DNA from: an uncultured delta proteobacterium | Lineage (GTDB): Bacteria > Myxococcota_A > Polyangia > Polyangiales > Polyangiaceae | Assembly: GCA_963787925.1 (NCBI GenBank) | Contig: CAWBEN010000005.1 | Location: 265,651-329,650, forward strand | Length of the DNA stretch: 64,000 nucleotides | Direction of reading: 5' to 3' | Notes under the pieces: model-generated | Seen by the model: the letters and a program-made list of their open reading frames with translations, nothing else | Told to the model about the DNA's origin: nothing | Database searches by the model: none | Program-made: the position numbers and the translations under genes | Shown here: piece after piece, positions 9,412-17,255 of the stretch | Layout: each line of letters begins with the position of its first letter | Position numbering within the stretch: the stretch's first letter is position 1

Positions 9412-11127
9412 TCACGGCACGGTGGCGGGCGGGTTGAGCGCCGTCCCGCCCACGGTGACGTTCGTCATCGTCAGATTCTTGTAGTGGGCGGCCCCTGTTC
9501 GCAGAGGCGTTCCCTGATTGACGGTGACGTTGCTGATATTGATGTTGGTCGCGGGCGTCGAGGTGTCGGGGCCGTCGATTCGGAACGCTTCGCTGGTTAC
9601 CGACTTCACCGTAGCGCCGTCGACGTTGATGTTGTTGAATTTCGTGAATATCACAGGCTGATTGGGCGGAATCGCGGCGTTCCCGCCCGAACCCCCGCTG
9701 TATTGGCCGTTTAGAAAGAAGAACGTGGAGATCGCGTCGACGTGCAGCTGCCGGGCGTAGAAATCCTCGATGTACCCGCCCCGATAGATCGAGGCCTTCA
9801 GGTAAATGGCCTGCGCAAGGATGCCGGGAACGTCGTGGAACGTGATGTTCTGCGCGTAAACGTTTCGAACGCCCGCGGACATCTCGCTGCCGATCGCGAT
9901 GGACGCGCCGTGCGTGGGGTTGTTGGACGCGAAGGTGCAGTTTTCGATCACGACGTTCTCTGTAGGGGTGTAGAGACTCGGCGTTCGACCGTCCAAGTCC
10001 CGGCCCGCTTTGATCGCAATCGGATCGTCGCCGACCATGATGGAGAGTCCGTCGAGGTGAACGTCGACGCACGATTCGGGATCGAAGCCGTCGGTGTTGC
10101 CGACGAATCCGATGCTCGTCACGTTGTGACCGGTGACATTCTTGCTCATCACCGGATGAATGGTCCAGAAGGGGGAGTTCTTTGCAGTGAACCCGTCGAG
10201 CAAGACGTTCGTGCAGCGCATGAACTCGATGAGCGACGGCCTCAAGAAATGGCCTGAACCATACTGCCTCATGCTCACGGGAGTGCCGTTCGCGTTTTCA
10301 GTGCGTAGCTTCAGCGAGTCGGCGGCAGAGAGAGCAGTCCAGCTGTACCAATCGTTCATCGTGGCGTTGCCATCGAGCGTTCCGCCGCCGGTGATCGCAA
10401 TGTTGGTCACGTCGTGGGCCGAGATGAGCGGCTTGTAATTGTAGAGTCGACTGCCTTCGAACGACACCTCGACGACGGGTAGGTACTTCGTAGGATCCGA
10501 CGTGAACTTGATCGTGGCGCCCGTCGGTACGTACAGATTGACGTTGCTCTTCAGCTCGATGGGCCCAGTGAAATACGTGCCTGGCGCCGGCGCGACGACC
10601 CGCCCGCCCCCGGTGGTGCAGTCGGCGATCGCGGCCATGAAGGCCGTCGTGTTGTCCGTGGCCCCATCGCCGACTCCGCCGTACTTCGCGTCCGTGACGA
10701 CGCAGTCTCGATTGGGAAAGGTGGGGGGAACGATGCGTGCGAGAATCCCGGGAACGGCCCCCCAGCCGACGCCGGCGTCGCTTGCCGGAGGGTAGACGAT
10801 CCCCGTGTCCGGGGCGGAAGTCGACGAGTCTCCTGCGAGACCTGCCTCGCTCGGAGAAACGACGATGGTGCCCCCGTCCGGGGCGCCACTCGAGCCACTC
10901 GAGCCACTCGAGCCACTCGACGGAAAGCTCGCGTCACCGGTCGACGGCGTGGGCAGTCCGGTCTCCGGTGCCGTGACGGCCGAGTCGTCGCCGGTTGCCG
11001 GCGCCCCTGTCCCGCCGCTGGAGGCACCACTCGAAGCCGTCGACGCATCGGGCACGGAGGTTGTCCCACTCGCGCTGCACCCGACGAGAAGCAGAGCGAC
11101 CAAGGCACCGACTGACGTCCTTTTCAT
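9412..11127 (-). CDS. Glycoside hydrolase family 28 (polygalacturonase/rhamnogalacturonase-like) lipoprotein
   Basis: Signal ALLLVGCSASG, a Ser/Gly linker, then a right-handed beta-helix signature: CVVTDAKYGGVGDGATDNTTAFMAAIADC, NTDGFDPE, GDDPIAIKAG, HGASIAIGSE. Confidence 0.85.
   Translation of the reverse strand: MKRTSVGALVALLLVGCSASGTTSVPDASTASSGASSGGTGAPATGDDSAVTAPETGLPTPSTGDASFPSSGSSGSSGSSGAPDGGTIVVSPSEAGLAGDSSTSAPDTGIVYPPASDAGVGWGAVPGILARIVPPTFPNRDCVVTDAKYGGVGDGATDNTTAFMAAIADCTTGGGRVVAPAPGTYFTGPIELKSNVNLYVPTGATIKFTSDPTKYLPVVEVSFEGSRLYNYKPLISAHDVTNIAITGGGTLDGNATMNDWYSWTALSAADSLKLRTENANGTPVSMRQYGSGHFLRPSLIEFMRCTNVLLDGFTAKNSPFWTIHPVMSKNVTGHNVTSIGFVGNTDGFDPESCVDVHLDGLSIMVGDDPIAIKAGRDLDGRTPSLYTPTENVVIENCTFASNNPTHGASIAIGSEMSAGVRNVYAQNITFHDVPGILAQAIYLKASIYRGGYIEDFYARQLHVDAISTFFFLNGQYSGGSGGNAAIPPNQPVIFTKFNNINVDGATVKSVTSEAFRIDGPDTSTPATNINISNVTVNQGTPLRTGAAHYKNLTMTNVTVGGTALNPPATVP
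10885..10920. repeat. 4 x 9-bp perfect tandem repeat (gccactcga) encoding the SSG linker of the GH28 protein
   Basis: Read directly: gccactcga x4. It translates on the minus strand as SSGSSGSSGSSG. Confidence 0.9.
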
Positions 11128-11435
11128 GCGAAGGCTCCTAACGGCGATAGCTCAAGCGGGCGCCCTCGCGGCAACATGCGCAACGCGAGGCACCGCGGGC
11201 AACTCGCGCAAACACAATCACGATGCACACGGCTTGGGGACTCTACGCTCGAAGGAACGCTCGCGCGAGCATCGCGAGCATCCTTGCCGCCGCTGTCGGG
11301 ACCCCCTTCGGCATGACCAGAAAATTGAATTGGGTCGAGAGGATTGCAATCGTGCATGGCGTCGTCTTGCGTCAATGGCGGGGCTCGTGCCAACTCCTTG
11401 ACTCGACATGGAAGAAGTGCCACTCGTTGGCTCCA

Positions 11436-13691
11436 ATGAGGAACTCTGTCGCGTTCGGAGCGCTGGCCTGCGTTGTCGCTTGCTCCGGCAACGCGACGCC
11501 GGTGCCCGCGGCATCCGAAGGCGGCGCGCCGGCCGTTCCCGATGGGAGCCCTGCGACCGCCCCGACGAGCGACGGCGATGTTCCGATCCCGTCGGAGAGC
11601 GGCACGGCAGCGCCCTCATCGACGGGAGATGCCGACGGGCTCGCCCCAGATGCGACGACGGGGCCTGCCGCCGACGGTGGCACGCCGGCGCTTTCCGACG
11701 CGGCGGCGTCGATGCCATGGCTGACGTACAACTACGCGCCTTCGGTGCGAACACTCGCGCCCGCCAAGACGATCATTCACGGTAACGTCAGCGGCGCCGA
11801 CGCCGGCCTCGCTACAGGACAGGCGGCCCGCTTGACCGGTGCCAGCAGCGGCATCACGTTCGATTTTGGGCGCGAAGTGGCCGGAATCGTCTCGCTCAAA
11901 TTCGGGGCGGCGAGCGACGCCGCGCAGACGCTTGCCCTCGCATTCACAGAGTCGCCGCAGTACATCGGTCCGGCGAGCGACCAGTCGATCGGCCCGCCGA
12001 CCAGCGTCGACGGCGCGCTCTCCGTCACCGTGGTTCCGGCCGGCACGTACGTCATGCCCGCGAACAAACTGCGCGGCGGGTTTCGCTACTTGAGCGTGTA
12101 CCTGAACACGGCAGGCTGGGTCGACCTCTCCGGCGTTTCGCTCCAATTTTCAGCGGCGCCGACGATGCCTGCCCCCAATCAATACCTGAATCACTTTTAC
12201 TCGAACGACGATCTGCTGAACCGTATCTGGTATGCCGGCGCATACACCGTCCAAATGAATACGATCGACCCGAAGCAGGGCCGAGCGTTCCCGTATCCGG
12301 CACCGGGAACCAACTGGGACAATGGCGCGACTGTTGGTCTCGGCAACACCGTGCTCGTCGACGGAGCCAAGCGCGATCGAACCGTATGGCCGGGCGATCT
12401 GGGCATTGCCCTACCGACCGCCTACGTGTCGACCGGCGATTTGCTCACGATCAAGAATTCGCTCGACACGCTCTTTGCTGGGCAAGACGCGGCCACGGGC
12501 GAGTTTCCCCGGTCTGGGCCGCCGCTGAACGGCCAGAACGGCCACACGACCTCTGATACGTACCATCTCTGGACCCTGATCGGCGCCTGCAACTACTATC
12601 TCTATTCTGGTGACAAGGTTTGGCTCGACCGCAATTGGGCGGCGCACAAGAAGGGACTCGCCTTCAGCACGGGGAAGATCGCGAGCGACGGCCTTTTTCA
12701 GGTCAGCCTCGTGAAAGACTGGGGTCGGCTCGGGCAGGGGGGCGAGAACATCGCCGCGAACGCCATTCTTTATCGCGTCCTCTCGTCGTCGGCCGACATG
12801 GCCGTCGTCGAGGGCGATGCCGCTCTCGGGGCCACTTACAAAACGCAAGCGGCCGCCCTGAAGACGGCCGCCAACACGCTACTGTGGGATGCGACGGCTG
12901 GCGCCTATCGAGACAATCCGACGAGCACGCTGTATCCGCAAGACGGTAACTCGCTCGCGATCTGGTTCGGCCTCGTCGATACGAGCGCCAAGGCTCAAGG
13001 CATCACCACGGCCCTTCACAAAAACTGGAACGCGCACGGCGCTCACACGCCCGAGGCCGATCCAACGCGCGCCACGATCTCGCCTTTTCCTGGGTCGATG
13101 GAAGTGGTCGCACGATTCGTCGCGGGTGACGACCAGCTCGCCCTCGATTTGATACGCCTCGAGTGGGGCTACATGCTCAACGCCGCAATCGGTACCGGGA
13201 GCACGTTTTGGGAGGGTTATCTCGACGACGGCACGTTCGGCTACGGCGGCTCGTACATGAGCGCCGCCCATGGATGGTCCACCGGACCGACCTTCGCGCT
13301 GACGGAATGGGCGCTCGGCGTTGCCCCCGACTCCGCCGCCGGCCAGACGTACCACGTCGTTCCGCACGCCGGTGACCTGACGCACGTGGAGGGCTCGCTC
13401 ACCATGGCACCGGGCAAGGTCGTGCGCGTGTCCTACGACCATCCCGCCTGTGGCGATTTCACGCTTCAACTCGACTCGTCGGCTCATGCGGCCTCGGTCG
13501 GTGTCGTCGGCATCCCGAAATTCGGCCAAACCCGAGTGATTCAGCTGAACGGCACGACGGTGTGGGACGGGACGAAGCTCATCGCTTCGCCGACGGTGGC
13601 CAGCGCGGACGAGGACGCCAGCTACGTCTATTTTCGGAGTTTGCCTCCGACCCAAGCGATCTTCAGTTACTACCCGAGGCGCTGCCCGTAG
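11436..13691 (+). CDS. Six-hairpin glycosidase, GH78 alpha-L-rhamnosidase-like lipoprotein
   Basis: ORF 11223..13691. ATG 11436 gives the signal MRNSVAFGALACVVACSG. C-terminal (alpha/alpha)6-type motifs: DRTVWPGDLG, DTYHLWTLIGACNYYLYSGD, DGNSLAIWFG, STFWEGY, SAAHGWSTGP. Confidence 0.65.
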   Translation: MRNSVAFGALACVVACSGNATPVPAASEGGAPAVPDGSPATAPTSDGDVPIPSESGTAAPSSTGDADGLAPDATTGPAADGGTPALSDAAASMPWLTYNYAPSVRTLAPAKTIIHGNVSGADAGLATGQAARLTGASSGITFDFGREVAGIVSLKFGAASDAAQTLALAFTESPQYIGPASDQSIGPPTSVDGALSVTVVPAGTYVMPANKLRGGFRYLSVYLNTAGWVDLSGVSLQFSAAPTMPAPNQYLNHFYSNDDLLNRIWYAGAYTVQMNTIDPKQGRAFPYPAPGTNWDNGATVGLGNTVLVDGAKRDRTVWPGDLGIALPTAYVSTGDLLTIKNSLDTLFAGQDAATGEFPRSGPPLNGQNGHTTSDTYHLWTLIGACNYYLYSGDKVWLDRNWAAHKKGLAFSTGKIASDGLFQVSLVKDWGRLGQGGENIAANAILYRVLSSSADMAVVEGDAALGATYKTQAAALKTAANTLLWDATAGAYRDNPTSTLYPQDGNSLAIWFGLVDTSAKAQGITTALHKNWNAHGAHTPEADPTRATISPFPGSMEVVARFVAGDDQLALDLIRLEWGYMLNAAIGTGSTFWEGYLDDGTFGYGGSYMSAAHGWSTGPTFALTEWALGVAPDSAAGQTYHVVPHAGDLTHVEGSLTMAPGKVVRVSYDHPACGDFTLQLDSSAHAASVGVVGIPKFGQTRVIQLNGTTVWDGTKLIASPTVASADEDASYVYFRSLPPTQAIFSYYPRRCP

Positions 13692-13704
13692 CCGGCCCGC
13701 TCGA

Positions 13705-13728
13705 AGGCGACTCGCTCCAGCGTCGCCT
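13705..13728. terminator. Weak hairpin between convergent genes (7-bp stem aggcgac/gtcgcct, 10-nt loop)
   Basis: Read directly. No U-tract. It overlaps the pilT stop codon. Confidence 0.25.
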
Positions 13729-14783
13729 CAGAGGACCGAGCCGTCGTCCTCTGGAGGATCGATGATCCCGTCTTGCACGAGACGGGCGAAAGCCATGGCG
13801 AATGTTTGCATTCCGTAGGGGTGGGCTCCCTTTTCCATCAGGGATTTGAGAGAGGGATTCGTCTCGGGGCGGCGAATGCTCTCTTTGACGGAGTGCGAGG
13901 CGACGAGGACCTCCGCGGCCAGCGCGACGCCGCTGCCGCCCGCTCTCGGAACGAGCCGCTGGGCGATCACACCCTGGAGGCAGCTCGCGATGCGCGCTCG
14001 ATTGTCGGCCGGATCGCCACGCAGAATGGCGAGCATTCGATTGACGGTCCGCATCGCGTCGCTCGTGTGCAGCGTCGCCAGCACGAGATGCCCTGTCTCC
14101 GCCGCGCGGAGGGCGATTTCCATCGTCTCTTCATCACGGATTTCTCCGACGAAGATGACGTCGGGATCCTGGCGAAGCGCCGCGCGCAACGCGGACGCAA
14201 AGCTCGCCGTGTCGAGGCCTACCTCGCGCTGACTGACGCTCGAAAGCTTGTCGCGATGGAGAAATTCGATGGGGTCTTCGACCGTGACGATGTGAAGCGC
14301 CCGCGTCGAGTTCAGCTCGGCCAGCATACTGGCGACCGAAGTGCTCTTGCCGCTCCCCGCAGCGCCCACGACGAGCACCATACCGTTCTCTTTTCCGCTG
14401 AGCTCGCGGGTGACTGGCATCGGCAGGCCGAGCGAATCGAGCTCGGGGATGTCGTACGGGATGAAGCGCATGACAATGGCGAGGCTGCCGCGTTGCCTGT
14501 AGACGTTCACGCGAAAGCGGCCGATGTTGGGGGCGGAGTACGCGGCGTCGTACTCCTTCAGTTGATCGAGCTGCGCCAGCACCTGCGGATTGGTGATGAC
14601 TAGCCTCGCGAGCGTCAGCGTGTCTTCGGGGGTAATCTTCTCGGTGCGAAAATAGACCATGTCCCCACGGATGCGCGCCCCGGGTGGCTGGCCGGCCTTG
14701 ATGTGAACGTCGCTGGCGTTGCCCGCGACGGCCTTGGACAAGAGCGCACGGAAAAAACCTTCGTCGGCATAGGGGCTACTCAC
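13728..14783 (-). CDS. pilT: PilT-family type IV pilus retraction ATPase (orphan)
   Basis: ORF 13728..15149. In-frame GTG 14783 gives 351 aa. Walker A GAAGSGKST, IVTVEDPIEF, FVGEIRD and His-box TGHLVLATLHT. Confidence 0.85.
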   Translation of the reverse strand: MSSPYADEGFFRALLSKAVAGNASDVHIKAGQPPGARIRGDMVYFRTEKITPEDTLTLARLVITNPQVLAQLDQLKEYDAAYSAPNIGRFRVNVYRQRGSLAIVMRFIPYDIPELDSLGLPMPVTRELSGKENGMVLVVGAAGSGKSTSVASMLAELNSTRALHIVTVEDPIEFLHRDKLSSVSQREVGLDTASFASALRAALRQDPDVIFVGEIRDEETMEIALRAAETGHLVLATLHTSDAMRTVNRMLAILRGDPADNRARIASCLQGVIAQRLVPRAGGSGVALAAEVLVASHSVKESIRRPETNPSLKSLMEKGAHPYGMQTFAMAFARLVQDGIIDPPEDDGSVL

Positions 14784-14931
14784 TTCGATGAATCGTACGC
14801 ACGCGCCACGCTCGCGTCTCGGTGGGCGTGACGGGCCGAAGCCACTCCGATGTAGGTATGCGCGCGCACCGAACTCTTGCGTTACTTCGACCGTTCGGGG
14901 ACCCTTTTCGGGGCGAGGGGTCCCGCTCCCG

Positions 14932-15954
14932 TCATGGCGCGGCGAGCGATCGCGGTTCCAGCCAGTTGATCTGCACTTCGTGGCTCGGCTCCATGTACGT
15001 CGAGACGGCGACGGGCGTATCACCCGACCAAAGGACGGACTGGCACGACGCCAGCGCGTGCATCCCCGCCTGGCGGCGAAGGTCCCTCGAGAAAAGCTCT
15101 CCGCACTCGCCAAGCAATCGCCCGTTGGGCGCGAGGTCGAACATGCCAATCGGCGCGTCGGCCCTCCGCCGCTCGAGCACCCGCATATCGGGTGAAAGCT
15201 CGAGGAGCTCGCTCTCGAGCGCGACGAAGAGCCGCCCTGCCTCGGAGCGTATCGTTGCGGCGACCGGCGCGGCGCTCAACGTCACGCGCCCGACCGGCGT
15301 CGCCTCCCGGGACAGCTCCACGATCGCCGACCCCGTGCCGTCGTCGTCGAGGACGTAGGCACGCCCGTTGAGAACGGCGGTTTGCGGACCATGCTCGGCC
15401 ATCGGTTCTCGGGGTCGCCACGAGCCCAGCACGTGACCGCTTCGGTCGAATGTGGAGACCGTCCACGACGGGTACTCGTCGAGGGCGATGAGAGTCAGCG
15501 CGCCATCGGTGGCTACTCGCACGGCCCCGGCTGGACCGAGACGAACGCGGCGAATGACTTTGAGCCGCCGCGCGTCGAGCACGATCCAAGAGGCCTCGCC
15601 GCCAGCCACCGCAGCGACCACGTGAAGCTCGTCGCCGACGCGGGCTCCGGCGACGTCACCGCGGGGGAGACCGAGTCCTGTTTGGCGCAGGGCACGTCCC
15701 GCCGCCAAGTCCCACTCCGTCACGGCGACGCCCACGCCCTCTAGCGACCAGGCAAGAAAGATCGTGCCTCGGAGACTGCGCGCATTGGGTGGCTCGCCGG
15801 GCATGACGTCGAGTGAGGTCGCGACGCTCAAGCGCGTCGTCGCGAGCGATGCGTGCTCGCCGAGAGCTACGTCAATCGGTAAGCCGACGGCCCCGTCGGC
15901 GCCCACGTCGCGCGCGAACGCTGCCAGCGCCGAGAGAAGCAGGATTCGAACCAA
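14932..15954 (-). CDS. Secreted hypothetical protein (Sec signal), candidate partner of the upstream NlpC/P60 protein
   Basis: 3' third of the 701-aa ORF 14932..17037. In-frame TTG 15954 gives MVRILLLSALAAFA. The remainder looks beta-rich and repetitive. The start codon is uncertain. Confidence 0.5.
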   Translation of the reverse strand: MVRILLLSALAAFARDVGADGAVGLPIDVALGEHASLATTRLSVATSLDVMPGEPPNARSLRGTIFLAWSLEGVGVAVTEWDLAAGRALRQTGLGLPRGDVAGARVGDELHVVAAVAGGEASWIVLDARRLKVIRRVRLGPAGAVRVATDGALTLIALDEYPSWTVSTFDRSGHVLGSWRPREPMAEHGPQTAVLNGRAYVLDDDGTGSAIVELSREATPVGRVTLSAAPVAATIRSEAGRLFVALESELLELSPDMRVLERRRADAPIGMFDLAPNGRLLGECGELFSRDLRRQAGMHALASCQSVLWSGDTPVAVSTYMEPSHEVQINWLEPRSLAAP

Positions 15955-15965
15955 ACCGGCGCACG

Positions 15966-17057
15966 TCAGCGCTCCGGGCCACGGTAAAAGCCGTCGAGAA
16001 GGTGATCGTACAACCGAGGCGAGACATCGAGCTTCTGCGCGTTCACTGGCTCGTTGGAGGGCGCCCGCTCCTCGAGCCACGCCCATTGGGCCGCGGATTC
16101 GTTGTACCAGAACGTCTGCCGCTTCACGCCGCCGAGACTGGCGTGCCCGCCGCATCCCCAGGACGAGTCGAGCTCGAGAACACGGATGGGGCCGCCCACC
16201 GCAAAGGCCTGCGCCCCGCTTCCGAGCGCTAGAAGCGATCGCGTGTCCGAAGCTGTTGCGAGGCGCTGTTCGTAAACGATCGCTCGGTGGCCGACCTCCC
16301 CCGTGGAGCGCGAAGTCATCGACACGATGTCTCCCGGCCGAACGTCTTGCAGCGAGGCGACGCGCCGAAAGCCGCGCTGGTCCAGGCCGAACAGCGCTTC
16401 GTTCATGACGTCGCGGAAGCCCGCCTGCGGCCGAGTGAGCCCCGTGGCCGCGAGGTACGCCTGTTGCGTGTAGCCCGCGCAGTCGATTCCAATTCCACAG
16501 TCGAACATCAACTGGCGAATGGCTTGTGGCCTCCAAGGCCGGCCCCCCGCTGGCTCGCCGACCGTGTCGATGAGCGCCTGGGTCAACACTCGAATCTCGT
16601 GGGGAGAGCCACGGCCTTTCTGGATTCGGTTCACGACCGTTGCGAGCGAAAGGTGCGCCCTGACTGCCGCCTTCGCGACGACGCGCTCCAGCTTTTTCAT
16701 GCTCGATTCTTGGGTCGCGTAGTGCTTCGACATCGCGAACGGCGCGGCCACGCGCGTGCCCCCGGCGTCCCAGTAAACGTCGTCGCCCATGTCGCGGCCG
16801 TGGTACGTGGCCGTCATCGAGCTTCGAAACGCATCGAGTCGCTGCTGGACGAGGGCGGCGCGCGCGTCGTGCGGAGCGTCGACGCGACCGGTCCCCTTGG
16901 ACGATAGGCCGCCCAACACCGGCGGCCCCGAGGCGAGATTCGCCCAGTGCGAGGTAGCAGTGTCGTGCGCGAGCCCGGTCGGCGCAGCAGGAGTGCTCGG
17001 GCTGGATGAAGGTGCCCAAGACGCGCTTGGCGTCCACGGCCTGATTCCCTGGGTCAT
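15966..17057 (-). CDS. NlpC/P60-type papain-fold hydrolase domain protein with ~185-aa N-terminal extension and no signal peptide
   Basis: 363 aa. GIDCAGYTQQAYL (Cys codon at 16479..16481), RPGDIVSM and GEVGHRAIVY match the DC(S/A)G...PGD...H layout of NlpC/P60. Confidence 0.6.
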   Translation of the reverse strand: MTQGIRPWTPSASWAPSSSPSTPAAPTGLAHDTATSHWANLASGPPVLGGLSSKGTGRVDAPHDARAALVQQRLDAFRSSMTATYHGRDMGDDVYWDAGGTRVAAPFAMSKHYATQESSMKKLERVVAKAAVRAHLSLATVVNRIQKGRGSPHEIRVLTQALIDTVGEPAGGRPWRPQAIRQLMFDCGIGIDCAGYTQQAYLAATGLTRPQAGFRDVMNEALFGLDQRGFRRVASLQDVRPGDIVSMTSRSTGEVGHRAIVYEQRLATASDTRSLLALGSGAQAFAVGGPIRVLELDSSWGCGGHASLGGVKRQTFWYNESAAQWAWLEERAPSNEPVNAQKLDVSPRLYDHLLDGFYRGPER

Positions 17058-17255
17058 GCCTCTCTGTCGGCCAGGCCGCGCGCCGGTTGCCCGCTCAGTG
17101 CGGAAACACCTCTCAGTGCGGAAACACCTCGTTGCCGGTTACGAAAATCGCCAATTCGCTCCGGAGTGACACTCTCCGCCGAGATTGGACGACGGGCCTT
17201 TCTTGCGAGCGCTGGCCCTGTCGGAAACACTCGGCGTGTTAGGGTCCGGTGACTT

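Noticed and set aside
15941-15953. ggattcgaacc (reverse complement of the tRNA T-loop consensus GGTTCGAATCC)
   Set aside because: Flanking bases cannot form a 5-bp T-stem or an acceptor stem, and the site lies at the start of a coding region. It is not a tRNA.
15955-17037. Upstream two-thirds of the 701-aa ORF 14932..17037
   Set aside because: This part is Arg-rich nonsense overlapping the well-formed NlpC/P60 ORF in another frame. Only the 3' 341 codons (from TTG 15954, with a signal peptide) look coding.
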